Below, piece by piece: positions 1-9,463 of a DNA stretch of 64,000 nucleotides; position 1 is the stretch's first letter; the number at the start of each line of letters is the position of its first letter. A program made the translations under genes and the position numbers. The stretch spans positions 386,091 through 450,090 of the forward strand of contig CAVZGN010000002.1 in NCBI GenBank assembly GCA_963774895.1, written 5' to 3'. The notes beneath the pieces were generated by a model. It saw only the letters and a list, made by a program, of their open reading frames with translations. It searched no databases and was not told the origin of the DNA. Source of the DNA: an uncultured Pseudomonadota bacterium (GTDB lineage: Bacteria; Pseudomonadota; Gammaproteobacteria; Natronospirales; REEB76).

Positions 1-146
1 CGACCGGCCATGGCCTGGTCGGTGATCTTCTTTATGCGCGCACGCATGCCGGCATCGCCGGCTGCCAGTTCGGCGGCAAGTTCCAGGGTTTCCACCCGTA
101 CCAGCGTACTGTCGAAATCGAGGATGAAATAGATGTCTGCGGACAT
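1..146 (-). CDS. HAD-superfamily hydrolase, phosphoserine-phosphatase-like (N-terminal part; gene runs off the window)
   Basis: Reverse translation from the ATG at 146 gives MSADIYFILDFDSTLVRVETLELAAELA. It contains the HAD motif I DxDxT (DFDST). The gene is truncated by the window edge. Confidence 0.55.
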   Translation of the reverse strand, partial: MSADIYFILDFDSTLVRVETLELAAELAAGDAGMRARIKKITDQAMAG

Positions 147-229
147 GAATCGTCCCTCATCTGTTTCCGCGGGCCCATGTTACACTGGCTAAGACTTGCA
201 GCACTACATCGGAATACGCGGGTTTCTTC

Positions 230-1402
230 ATGCAGACCCCATCATGCCTGATTGGCCTGGAATGTTCCGCTTGCAATCTTCAGCATGCGGCCGATCGCTT
301 GCAAAAGCTTTGCACCTCTTGCGGCAAACCGTTACTTGCACGCTATGATCTGGTCAAAGCTGCAACCACACTCACGCGCACCAGCTTGAAAACCCGGCGT
401 GCAGATCTATGGCGTTACCATGAGATGCTGCCAGTGCAGGATGACGATTTCAGGCTGGCATTGGGCGAAGGTTGGACACCCTTGTTGAAAGCCCGTTTCG
501 GCGCGCGCATCGGCTGTCCATCCACCTATATCAAGGATGAATCCTTGAATCCCACCGGCAGTTTCAAGGCCCGCGGTCTGGCTGTCGCTGTCAGCCGTGC
601 CTGGGAGCTGGGTGCGCAGACCATCGCTATTCCCAGCGCCGGCAACGCCGGCAGTGCGCTAGCCGCTTACTGCGCGGCCACCGGACTTCAGGCGCAGGTT
701 TTCATTCCAAAGGACGCACCGCCGGCATTTGCCACCGAGGCGCGTGCCTATGGCGCGCGCGTGGAGCTGGTCGATGGCCTGATCACCGATTGCGCGCGCA
801 AGGTGCGTGAAGGCGTCGAGCGCTATGGCTGGTTCGACGTGAGCACGCTCAAGGAGCCCTATCGCATCGAGGGCAAGAAGACCATGGGCTATGAACTGGC
901 TGAACAACTCGAGTGGCATTTGCCGGATGTGATCATCTACCCGACGGGCGGCGGTACCGGTCTTATCGGCATGTGGAAGGCGTTCGCCGAGCTGCAGCAG
1001 CTGGGTTTGATCGGCTCTGAACGGCCGCGCATGGTGAGTGTGCAGGCAGAAAACTGCGCGCCCATCGTCAAGGCATTCCACGCTGGTGCGCAGCAGGCGG
1101 AGCTTTGGGTGAATGCCAGGACCATCGCCGATGGCCTGCGGGTGCCATCCGCCATCGGCGATTTCCTGATGCTGCAAGTCTTGCGCGAGAGCCACGGCAC
1201 CGGCGTCGCGGTGAGTGATGGCGAGATGATCGAATATGCACGCGTTATGGCCGCAGGCAGCGGCGTGTTCCCCGGGCCGGAGGGCGCCTCCACCCTCGCG
1301 GCCCTGATCAAATTGCTGGACTCCGGCTGGCTCAAGGGCGATGAGACCGTCGTGCTGTTCAATACCGGCACACCGCTGAAACAGATACATCTGTGGAACT
1401 AG
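230..1402 (+). CDS. Threonine synthase-like fold-type II PLP enzyme with an N-terminal Cys4 zinc ribbon
   Basis: 390-aa ORF. PLP-lysine motif NPTGSFKARG and glycine loop PTGGGTGLIG are present. The N-terminus has CSAC...CTSC. Overall it resembles short-form ThrC. Confidence 0.8.
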   Translation: MQTPSCLIGLECSACNLQHAADRLQKLCTSCGKPLLARYDLVKAATTLTRTSLKTRRADLWRYHEMLPVQDDDFRLALGEGWTPLLKARFGARIGCPSTYIKDESLNPTGSFKARGLAVAVSRAWELGAQTIAIPSAGNAGSALAAYCAATGLQAQVFIPKDAPPAFATEARAYGARVELVDGLITDCARKVREGVERYGWFDVSTLKEPYRIEGKKTMGYELAEQLEWHLPDVIIYPTGGGTGLIGMWKAFAELQQLGLIGSERPRMVSVQAENCAPIVKAFHAGAQQAELWVNARTIADGLRVPSAIGDFLMLQVLRESHGTGVAVSDGEMIEYARVMAAGSGVFPGPEGASTLAALIKLLDSGWLKGDETVVLFNTGTPLKQIHLWN

Positions 1403-1631
1403 CCTACGGCCTGCACGCTGCCGGGCTTTTATAAATCATTTATTAATTATTGTTGATACGCGATGCTTATCGAAAGCTTGGGCTATAAAGAAGATAAAGC
1501 CTGGGCTAGCAGAATGGACTGTTGAAAGTAACCGCGGGTCCAAACGCATCAGCGGCACCCCAACACATTTGGCGGAGTTATGATGGACTTATCCTCTTGG
1601 TTATGCGGGCAGGATACTGGTAAATAAGCGT

Positions 1632-3554
1632 ATGGATATCACACCGGACATACCGCACACCAGATTCGTCTTTGGTGAGTTTGAGTTCGAACCGCGTAGC
1701 GGCGAACTACGGGATGGCCAAAAGACGTTATTGTTGCGTCCCCAGGTAGCAAAACTGCTGACCCTTTTGCTGAGTCATGCTGACAGCATCGTTTCCAGGG
1801 AGGAGATCCGGAATTGCCTGTGGGGCAGCCAAACGGTGGTGGAGTTCGAGGAGGGAATCAGCGCCTGCATGCGCCAATTGCGCATCGCGCTCAATGACGG
1901 CACCACCGGTACTCGCTATATACAGACCATCTCGCGGCGCGGCTACAAGTTTGTTTTCCCGGTCAGGACGACAGACAACAACAGCTCCGTAAGCAGACAT
2001 GCGGCTACCGTCCCGTCGACCCAACCACAGAAGGTGGATTCTGCGGTGCCTGTGCGTAATAGACCCTGGAGGTTACTGTCAGCATTGTTGGTATTATTGG
2101 CGCTGGCAGTAAGTGCCGCGCTTGTTGCCCATTTCAAATACCGCGTTCAATTCTTCACTCAGGCACAACCCGTAGCCCAAATTCCGGTCATTGCCGTACT
2201 GCCTTTCGCCAATCTCTCCACGAATTCCACCAATACCATCCTGGGTGCCTCCATCGCCAGCGAATTGATCGATATGCTCGGGCCGATCTCGCCCGACCGC
2301 TTGGGTGTGATTGCTGAAACTTCGAGCATGTACTTTGCTGGCAGCGGCAAGACTATAAAAACCATCGGTCAGGATCTCGGCGCAACCTATATATTGGAAG
2401 GTAGCATTACCCAAAAACCGCAATTTATCCAGATTGCAGCGCGACTCATCCGCGCGGACGATCAGAGTTATGTCTGGGGCGACGATTATGATCTCGATAT
2501 CAAGTATCAGAACGATGCCTATCAACAAACGATCGTGCAGATCGCGACCCATGTAGCTGCTTTACTGGCGCCCGATGTCAGCATCAAACCGCTGGAATTC
2601 ACCAGTAACCGGCAGGCAGCACTGGATTACCAGCTGGGACGTTATCTGCTGGTACAGGGGAATTACGCCAAAGCCGGCGACTATTGCCGCCATGCCATGA
2701 AACTCGATCCGCAATTCGCAGCCGCCTATGAGTGCAGTGCCCAGTCCCTCATGGCATTGCCGGATTTGTCTGCCCAGCAAGTCGAGTCAGCCAGGAATCT
2801 GATCAAGAAGGCGCTGCAGCTGAACAATGATTCTTCTGATGCGTATCTGCTGCAGGGTTTGCTCGACATGTTCCTGGATTGGAACTTGACAGCCGCCGGC
2901 CCTGAGATCAGGCAAGCCTTGCGCCACAATCCGGGTAATGCCTGGGCATGGCAGGCCAAAGCCGCCTATTTTTCCGCCCTGGGGAATAACCTGCAGATGC
3001 GCCAGGCAATGCTTATGGCGCAGAGCCTGGATCCGGTCTCTATGCGCATATCCTCAAATTCTGCTGTGCTTTTTTATATCGACCATCAATTTGACAAGGC
3101 CGTGCAATATGCCCAGACAGCCGTGAGCCTGATGCCGGGCGATGAATTGGCCCGGCATGTGCTGGTCCTGGCATTATTGGGCGAGAGCCGCTATACCGAA
3201 GCGGCCCAGCAAGCTGGGATTGAGATGCAGTACGCGGGAGCATCGCCCGCCGAGATCGCCTTGGTGAAAGCCGGCAATCAACAAGCACTGGTGAACTACT
3301 TTCGATGGTATGTGGCGGCATGGACCACGCGGCAGCCCGGCAAACTGACCGCCGTATTCCTCGCCGATGCCCATATGCATCTGGGTCAGCCACAGCAGGC
3401 CATCAAAGTGCTTGACGATACGGTCAGGCAGCATGCTGTCAGCATCCTCATACCCTTCATGAGTGTTTGGCCCGGCCTGCATGCATTGTGTAGCAATGTT
3501 GCGTTTGTGACATTGGCCAGTCAATTGGGCCAACCGGGGTGCACACCCAAATAA
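1632..3554 (+). CDS. Membrane-anchored ToxR/CadC-type winged-helix transcriptional regulator with a periplasmic TolB-N-like and TPR region
   Basis: The N-terminus is an OmpR/PhoB-type DNA-binding domain (IQTISRRGYKFVFPV). A single TM segment follows (WRLLSALLVLLALAVSAALVAHF). Next is a VLPFANLS module, then TPR-like helical repeats. Confidence 0.8.
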   Translation: MDITPDIPHTRFVFGEFEFEPRSGELRDGQKTLLLRPQVAKLLTLLLSHADSIVSREEIRNCLWGSQTVVEFEEGISACMRQLRIALNDGTTGTRYIQTISRRGYKFVFPVRTTDNNSSVSRHAATVPSTQPQKVDSAVPVRNRPWRLLSALLVLLALAVSAALVAHFKYRVQFFTQAQPVAQIPVIAVLPFANLSTNSTNTILGASIASELIDMLGPISPDRLGVIAETSSMYFAGSGKTIKTIGQDLGATYILEGSITQKPQFIQIAARLIRADDQSYVWGDDYDLDIKYQNDAYQQTIVQIATHVAALLAPDVSIKPLEFTSNRQAALDYQLGRYLLVQGNYAKAGDYCRHAMKLDPQFAAAYECSAQSLMALPDLSAQQVESARNLIKKALQLNNDSSDAYLLQGLLDMFLDWNLTAAGPEIRQALRHNPGNAWAWQAKAAYFSALGNNLQMRQAMLMAQSLDPVSMRISSNSAVLFYIDHQFDKAVQYAQTAVSLMPGDELARHVLVLALLGESRYTEAAQQAGIEMQYAGASPAEIALVKAGNQQALVNYFRWYVAAWTTRQPGKLTAVFLADAHMHLGQPQQAIKVLDDTVRQHAVSILIPFMSVWPGLHALCSNVAFVTLASQLGQPGCTPK

Positions 3555-3570
3555 ATAATCAGCCAGCGAT

Positions 3571-4344
3571 CTATTGCCGCGTATCCGGCCAGGCATCCGA
3601 CGACAAACTGCGACTCAGTTTCTCCGCGGACTGGATCTGTTCCGGAGTCATAGTCTTGGCCATGATAGTCAGAGCATCTTGGCTGTCGGTTTCCAAGTAG
3701 CCTTTATGGGCCAGCAACATCCAGGCGTAGGCTTTGACCTTGTCTTGAGGGATTCCCTCGCCGTTGTAGTAATTAACCGCCAGGTTGTATTGGGCAGCGG
3801 GCAGACCCTGGCGGGCAGCCTTCTCATACCAAAATGTTTCCTTTGCCGGATCCTTGTCTACGCCTTGGCCGGTGAAATAGATCATGCCCAACTGGAATTC
3901 GGCATATTTATTGCCGCGACTGGCGGCTTCTTCAAACCAATAGTGTGCCTGTACATAATCCTTCTGAAATCCTTGGCCGTTGAAATACAGGGTTCCCAGG
4001 TTGAAAGCCGCTGTATCCAGGCCAGAGTTGGCGGCTTGCTTGTACCAGTAGGCGGCTTTGTCGTATTCACCGCGGCTGGCGTACATGACTCCGAGATTGG
4101 ATTCGGCTTCCACGTCGCCAAGCTTGGCCAGTTGCAAAGCCGCCAGGATATTCTGTTGGCTGTAGGGAACATTGTCAGACGGCCGTTCCATATAGTCAGG
4201 CGGGAGTCGGAAATGGATTATCTGGATGCCGGGCGGCACCAGGTCGGCCCTAGCCATACCACCAACGGCAACAAACACCGAACCGATAATCCAAGGAAGC
4301 ATCGATCGAGTTCGATCAATCAATTGTGTCATGCGGTTTTCCAT
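3571..4344 (-). CDS. Sel1-repeat (SLR/TPR-like) protein, exported
   Basis: 257 aa with an N-terminal hydrophobic segment. It has about 5 Sel1 repeats (e.g. GVMYASRGEYDKAAYWYKQAANSG, LGTLYFNGQGFQKDYVQAHYWFEEAASRG). An AAGGAG SD lies 6 nt before the ATG. Confidence 0.85.
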   Translation of the reverse strand: MENRMTQLIDRTRSMLPWIIGSVFVAVGGMARADLVPPGIQIIHFRLPPDYMERPSDNVPYSQQNILAALQLAKLGDVEAESNLGVMYASRGEYDKAAYWYKQAANSGLDTAAFNLGTLYFNGQGFQKDYVQAHYWFEEAASRGNKYAEFQLGMIYFTGQGVDKDPAKETFWYEKAARQGLPAAQYNLAVNYYNGEGIPQDKVKAYAWMLLAHKGYLETDSQDALTIMAKTMTPEQIQSAEKLSRSLSSDAWPDTRQ

Positions 4345-4692
4345 AAATAACTCCTTAGCTGGTTATAGACCCTATATCTGAAGATTGTCATCCGATGACG
4401 TGTGTGCATCTATATTGACTAATGGTATAGCGCATCCTGCGCTAGTAGTCGCTGGTATAACTGTGAAATAACTCCGATTCATTTCTAATTTCGCAATATC
4501 AAGCGTTTGCCGGACGCGGAAAGACTGTGCGGGTGTAAGCAACGTCAGCCCTGGCCCGGACTATGCCGATAGTTGGTGTGTTAGTGATACTGGCGGGATG
4601 ATAAGTATGACGGCTACGCGCTAAAAAATAGCGGCGTGCAAAGTACACGGCAAGAGCAATGCAAAGCAAATCAGGCGCATATAGGCACTATC

Positions 4693-4840
4693 GAGGCTGA
4701 ATATCGCGTACCTCGGTCTTGGGAAATCTGATTGCGGAAACAAGCCGCCGGTTTAGGCCTGCGGTTGCATGCACAGGCTTAAGGCAGGGAAGTGCAATGC
4801 GGGATCTTCAGGAACATGATAATTTCCATACGCATCTCAA
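4693..4840. repeat. Copy A of a ~148-bp duplicated intergenic module (paired with 7021..7168)
   Basis: Ungapped alignment to 7021..7168 at a constant offset of 2,328 bp gives about 129/148 identities (hand count). It begins at the stop codon (tca, 4837-4839) of the CBM9/DUF5916 gene. Confidence 0.85.
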
Positions 4841-7032
4841 TACAATCCCCATATCAGCTTAACCACCACGGTATTGCCAGTGATGGTCTGCTGGCCCTGG
4901 AGCAGGTTTGGGTTCAATGTAAGACCGTGGTTCCAGACTACATAAAGTATGCGAGCCGGCCGGATATTCCATTGCAGAATCGCGTTCTCCGAAACATTGT
5001 GACTGATGTTGTTGTATTGGGTGAGCGTGGACAGTGTGAGGTCGGGCGTGAAGGAGTAACCCAGATTCAGTTCGGAGACACGTACGATGCCGTTACCCTG
5101 CGGTGTATAAACCCAGAGAACGCCTGTTAAGAGACTGGAGGTAAAATGCCCGCCGGGGGCCGCCCAAGAGACATTCGGGAAGAAGTCGTGGTAGTGCCCG
5201 TCGTAGAGCTCTCCGATTTCACCACTGAAGCCAAAAACCAATGGATTCGAACTGGGAGAATTCATGTTGATATGGCTGGTGACGAAGTTGTAAGCACCTA
5301 CCGGAATGGTCACGTTAGGAACGATCTCGTAGGGTGAAGCGAGTACTTCATGATTGGTGCTGATTTGAGTGTTCCATTGCCAGCCGGTTTGGGTGGTGAA
5401 TTCGATGGGATTGAATGACCAGTCGTCGCTCTGCACCCGGTTATTAAGATCCGTGACGTAATACCAGTTGGCATTGAAAAAGAACTGTCGCACCCATGCC
5501 AAACTGCTGTTGGCCGAGGGGCGCGGCTGATAAGTGATATCCGCAGAAGTCTGTTTGGTTCCCGGACGCTGGATGAAACCCAGTGCCGGATCCAGGGCAT
5601 CGCCGAAGAAGTTGTAATTGATGTCCGCGTACCACAGGTCATTGGGGTATTCGACGTCAAAACCGCAACCATTGGGCGTGCCGACCGACAGGTCGCTGCC
5701 GGAAGAGCGCGCCGCCCAGCCGGAGAGGTTCAGGTTCTTATCGCCACCGAAGCTGGAGGTGCTCCAGGTGCTGTCAAAACTGGTGAGCGTGTTGTCCGAC
5801 TGGCCGAGCGGGTCGCCGTGAGTAACGAGCGTACCTATGCGCCATTCGTCGTTGACGTTGTAAACGGCGCGCCCGGCAAATAAATTAGTGGCGTCAGAGA
5901 TGTTGGTACCAGCCATCTGCGTATCCAGCAGACCCAGGGTCCAACCGTCCGTATGGCCCAGCAGCTTCAGGCCTTCGTCCAGGGGAACGGTTTCACCGTT
6001 TACCAACCCGATACTGCGCGAATAGAACGGAATGAAGTTCTGCCCCAGATTGTGGCTGAAGGTGAAGATGTTGGTACCTTCCAGAAAAAACGCGCGAGTC
6101 TCGGGAATAGTCTGCGGGTAAGGCGAGGCGCTGACCTGAAAGCTGTTGGCCTGGGCTTCGGAGAAATCCGTGTGGTACGTAAACCGGCCAGCGAGTTCGG
6201 GAGTGAAATTGTATTTAAGATCGAAACCCGTCCAGCTCGCAGTGTCATGTTTGGCGTCGCTGTATTCGGTAACAGCATAAGGGTCGAATTCTAGGCCGTT
6301 ACCCTGACTAAGTCCCTGAACTCCGGTCAGGGTGCCTTCCCATTGCAAGTTCGTGGGCGAAGCATTCAAGTTGATACCGGACCAGACCAGCGTAAGCTGG
6401 TCGCGAGGTACATACCGGCTGATATTCAGCCCCCAAGCGGCATGCTGATTGTTGAATTGCAGGCTCTGGGTATCGATGCGGACCTCAGCAGTCCAGCCGC
6501 TGCTCGTGCGTTTTACTGCGGCCTCCCAATAACCGTTCCAGCTGAAATCCACCGTAGGGGTGTTGCTGTTGGAATTGTTGTAACCAGGCGAAATCAAACC
6601 GTCAGCCATGGCGCCGCCGGCATTCACCCGAAACACGTAGGCCAGCTTCCGCTGGCCGAAGGTATCCAGCACGATCATTACATTGTCATCACTGGACTGG
6701 TCGGCGTCACGCTGCAGGGTGTGCACGGCGATCTTCGCAGGATCAGGGTCGGTGCAGACGATACCGAAATAGATATGCCGCTGGCCGCGCAGGATGCGCA
6801 CGGTTGTGGTGAACGGCGTAGGTTTACCGGGATGCGGATTCTGTTGCGCAAGTGTTAGCACCGGCGCGTTGCGCCAGGCAGGCTCGTTGAGGTCGCCGTC
6901 CAGCACTAGGTCACCGATTTTGACGGCGGTGGCAGTTACCGGCGCCTGTGTCTGCACGGCGGCTGCAAGTGACGTCTGCGGCAGCAGGGCGACGATAATC
7001 AAAGGTAAAGCGAGTCTGTTGAGGCCGAACAT
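4837..7032 (-). CDS. CBM9-like/DUF5916 family secreted protein, probable outer-membrane beta-barrel
   Basis: I start at the second Met (MFGLNRLALPLIIVALLPQTSLAAA, a signal peptide), which has a GAGGA SD upstream. The N-terminal domain is CBM9/DOMON-like (LDGDLNEPAWRNAP...FRVNAGGAMADG). The C-terminus ends in an aromatic residue (IWGLY), as in OMP beta-signals. Confidence 0.75.
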   Translation of the reverse strand: MFGLNRLALPLIIVALLPQTSLAAAVQTQAPVTATAVKIGDLVLDGDLNEPAWRNAPVLTLAQQNPHPGKPTPFTTTVRILRGQRHIYFGIVCTDPDPAKIAVHTLQRDADQSSDDNVMIVLDTFGQRKLAYVFRVNAGGAMADGLISPGYNNSNSNTPTVDFSWNGYWEAAVKRTSSGWTAEVRIDTQSLQFNNQHAAWGLNISRYVPRDQLTLVWSGINLNASPTNLQWEGTLTGVQGLSQGNGLEFDPYAVTEYSDAKHDTASWTGFDLKYNFTPELAGRFTYHTDFSEAQANSFQVSASPYPQTIPETRAFFLEGTNIFTFSHNLGQNFIPFYSRSIGLVNGETVPLDEGLKLLGHTDGWTLGLLDTQMAGTNISDATNLFAGRAVYNVNDEWRIGTLVTHGDPLGQSDNTLTSFDSTWSTSSFGGDKNLNLSGWAARSSGSDLSVGTPNGCGFDVEYPNDLWYADINYNFFGDALDPALGFIQRPGTKQTSADITYQPRPSANSSLAWVRQFFFNANWYYVTDLNNRVQSDDWSFNPIEFTTQTGWQWNTQISTNHEVLASPYEIVPNVTIPVGAYNFVTSHINMNSPSSNPLVFGFSGEIGELYDGHYHDFFPNVSWAAPGGHFTSSLLTGVLWVYTPQGNGIVRVSELNLGYSFTPDLTLSTLTQYNNISHNVSENAILQWNIRPARILYVVWNHGLTLNPNLLQGQQTITGNTVVVKLIWGLY

Positions 7033-7168
7033 CGTGTTCCTCGGTATTGGTAAATCTGATTGCGGAAACAAGCCACGGGTTTAGGTCCGCGGTTGCATGC
7101 ACGGGCTTAAGGCGGAGAAGTGCAGTGCAGGATCTTCAGGAACATAACAATTTCCATACGCAGCTCAG
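7021..7168. repeat. Copy B of the ~148-bp duplicated intergenic module (leader of the CBM9/DUF5916 gene)
   Basis: See copy A. It spans from the stop codon of the lipoprotein gene (tca, 7165-7167) through the SD and the first codons of the DUF5916 gene (ATG at 7032). Confidence 0.85.
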
Positions 7169-7893
7169 TTGGCCGGACAGGCGGGTAAATGCACTCCGGC
7201 GGGTGCGGAACCGGAAAATTTAACGATGCTGACACCTTGTACGCCATGGATTATGGCGCTGTCGCTGACGTAAAGTTTGCCGGGACGCTCGAATAGGATG
7301 CTGCCGTCCACCGTCGAATGCGGTGTAATGACAACGACCGGTTCGATTAGCTTTGGATTTTGCTGATAATTATTCGTTGGTTTCTTCGCGGTCACGTTTC
7401 CGTGAACCACGCTGCCATCGGCGATCAGAACGCTGCCATTGTAGAAAGACAGGCTGCCGTCCAGCTGCATTCCGCACAGGATCACATCGCCATTGATATT
7501 TTCCGCATCGCCGGTGATGTGTGAACCGGCGGCTGCCTGGATATCGCCGTTCACCGTAGCCAGATCGGCGGCCAGTGCATTTTTTCCGAGCGTAAAGCCG
7601 CCATTGACGGTTTTTAGACTGCCGGCGTGAGCTCCAGCGGCGAGCGAAATGGCGCCGTTGATGCTGGTTAGATCGCCGGTCTGCGCGCCAGCGTCCAGGT
7701 AAATGCGGCCGTTGATAGTGCGCAGGCTGCCGTCGACGACGGCGCCGCTGCCGACGTCGATCTCACCATTAATGGTGCTGCTGCCGCTTGACCAGTGGGC
7801 ATTGGCTGGTACATCGATATTCTTATTGACGTTGCAGCCAGTCAGCAGCGATGCCAGAACCGGAAGGAGGATGACCGGAATGCGGATTTTCAT
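7165..7893 (-). CDS. Lipoprotein with ~20-aa beta-helix-type repeats (xINGxIxLxxGAxxGxLxT)
   Basis: Signal peptide with lipobox LLTGC. There are at least 6 tandem repeats (TINGEIDVGSG, TINGRIYLDAG, SINGAISLAAG, TVNGGFTLGKN, TVNGDIQAAAG, NINGDVILCG). I cannot name the family with certainty. Confidence 0.75.
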   Translation of the reverse strand: MKIRIPVILLPVLASLLTGCNVNKNIDVPANAHWSSGSSTINGEIDVGSGAVVDGSLRTINGRIYLDAGAQTGDLTSINGAISLAAGAHAGSLKTVNGGFTLGKNALAADLATVNGDIQAAAGSHITGDAENINGDVILCGMQLDGSLSFYNGSVLIADGSVVHGNVTAKKPTNNYQQNPKLIEPVVVITPHSTVDGSILFERPGKLYVSDSAIIHGVQGVSIVKFSGSAPAGVHLPACPAN

Positions 7894-7910
7894 GGCTACG
7901 GCCCCAAGAA

Positions 7911-9176
7911 TTACTCGTGCATTACATTGATATCGCCGCTACCGGTGGAGATCGTGCCTTTGCCCTCGGCTTTGCCGAAATCGGCCACGAATTTTCCACG
8001 GTGCATGGCCATGTTATGCATATCCGGCAGATTGATATTGACATCACCACTGTTCGAGGAAGCCCCCAGGTGCAGTGACAGCCCAGCCGTGGTTTTAAGG
8101 GTGGCGTCTCCGGATCCGGTATCTATGTACAGATGGCGTACCGCGGACAAATCACCCTCCAGCGATACCTCGCCGGAGCCGGTGTCAGCCCAGATGCTCT
8201 CGCCACCGGTGAAATTCCTAGCGATCACATCGCCGGAGCCAGTATCGGCGTGCAATGAACCGATGGCTCCGACCAGCCGTACGTCACCGGAACCGGTGTC
8301 GAGTTTCATGTCGCCTTTGACATTGGAGAACGTGACATCACCGGAGCCGGTATCCGCATACAAAATCTGGCTGTGTGACTCGGACACATGCACATCGCCG
8401 GATCCGGTGTCGGCATGCAAGTTTCCGGATACATGCTCCGCGAATACGTCACCGCTGCCGGTATCGGCGGTGAAATCGCCGGTGAGATCCGCTACGTGCA
8501 CATCACCTGAACCCGTATCTGCGGAAAATTGGCCATGCATGCCGCTGACGCGCACATCGCCGCTGGAGGTTTTTACCCGCAGATCGTTCTTGATGCCATG
8601 CGCTTCTGTGAGGCCTACATAATTGACCAAGGCCAGAGACATACCCGCTGGCAACTGCACCACCAGGTCCACATGCAGCGGCGTGCCGCGATCACTGCTT
8701 TGGGGAACATGTACTTCTTTGCCCTGATAACTAAGATTGCTACCGCCACCATTGACGCAGACTAGGCCCATGAAGCAGTGATTGTTACGGTCGGCAGATT
8801 GGTTGTCGTTGTCGGGGTAGTAAAAACTGGTGTGCTGATCGACCGGGTAATGCACATGCAGGGTGAAGCTGTTGTCGGACTGGCTGGTGTCGAAACGCAC
8901 GCCTTGGGCCAGCGCCTGGGCGTCGGCCTGATTCTGGCCGCCTGCCACCACGGTGGCGGTTACCATGAGACTGGAGCCTTGGGTGACACTCACATGGCCT
9001 GCCAGATTTTCTAGTTTGAGGCTGGCAATTCCGGTTGGCAGCGGTCCGGCATAGTTCAGGCTCGTTTGGACAGTGACAGGGGCTGCCTGGACCGGCGTGG
9101 CCAGGAGCAGGCCCAGGCTCGTCAGAACGGCGGCAACGAATAGACTGAGGGTGTGCAGGGGTTGGCGGGAGCGCAT
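7911..9176 (-). CDS. DUF4097 (Toastrack/putative-adhesin type) beta-helix repeat protein, secreted
   Basis: The ATG at 9176 gives MRSRQPLHTLSLFVAAVLTSLGLLLATPVQA, a signal peptide. About 10 repeats of the DTGSGDV motif occur with a ~19-aa period. Confidence 0.8.
   Translation of the reverse strand: MRSRQPLHTLSLFVAAVLTSLGLLLATPVQAAPVTVQTSLNYAGPLPTGIASLKLENLAGHVSVTQGSSLMVTATVVAGGQNQADAQALAQGVRFDTSQSDNSFTLHVHYPVDQHTSFYYPDNDNQSADRNNHCFMGLVCVNGGGSNLSYQGKEVHVPQSSDRGTPLHVDLVVQLPAGMSLALVNYVGLTEAHGIKNDLRVKTSSGDVRVSGMHGQFSADTGSGDVHVADLTGDFTADTGSGDVFAEHVSGNLHADTGSGDVHVSESHSQILYADTGSGDVTFSNVKGDMKLDTGSGDVRLVGAIGSLHADTGSGDVIARNFTGGESIWADTGSGEVSLEGDLSAVRHLYIDTGSGDATLKTTAGLSLHLGASSNSGDVNINLPDMHNMAMHRGKFVADFGKAEGKGTISTGSGDINVMHE
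7930..8560 (-). repeat. Intragenic tandem periodicity (~55-60 bp) encoding the DTGSGDV repeats
   Basis: The plus-strand motif tc(a/g)ccgga(g/a/t)ccggt(a/g)tc recurs near 8108, 8172, 8230, 8283, 8338, 8395, 8448 and 8500. These are coding repeats, not a CRISPR array. Confidence 0.7.
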
Positions 9177-9463
9177 GGGACACCTGTCTGTCAAATGGTG
9201 ATGTAATTCACTATAACACCTATACTGGATTTGTCAAGCTACCGCCAAGTACTTAAGCTCTATTTAAAATCAGGGAACCTGGTGAAAATTCACCGCTCTT
9301 AGTCACCAGCCGGAGAAATTACTCTCTGGCTCCACACTTAGAGGGTGCTGTTCCAGGTGTTCCAAAAAAACGTTCCGCCTTAGAAATCTCAGCACCGCAA
9401 TTCGAAAATGCATCATCAAGATCCACATGGCAGGGAAGCCCGTTTCCTACGGGAGTAATAACC

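Noticed and set aside
4792-5130. A 112-aa plus-strand ORF starting inside repeat copy A.
   Set aside because: It runs antisense into the 3' end of the DUF5916 gene and has no family resemblance or SD.
7930-8560. Regular ~55-60-bp periodicity that could be mistaken for a CRISPR array or a minisatellite.
   Set aside because: The units are imperfect and contiguous with no unique spacers. They sit in frame within a coding sequence and encode a protein repeat.
7795-8622. A 275-aa plus-strand ORF with its own striking repeat (TSPEPVS...) opposite the DUF4097 gene.
   Set aside because: It is the reverse-complement shadow of the DTGSGDV codon repeats (GAYACYGGNTCCGGNGAY read backwards). It has no start context and runs across the boundary of two real minus-strand genes.
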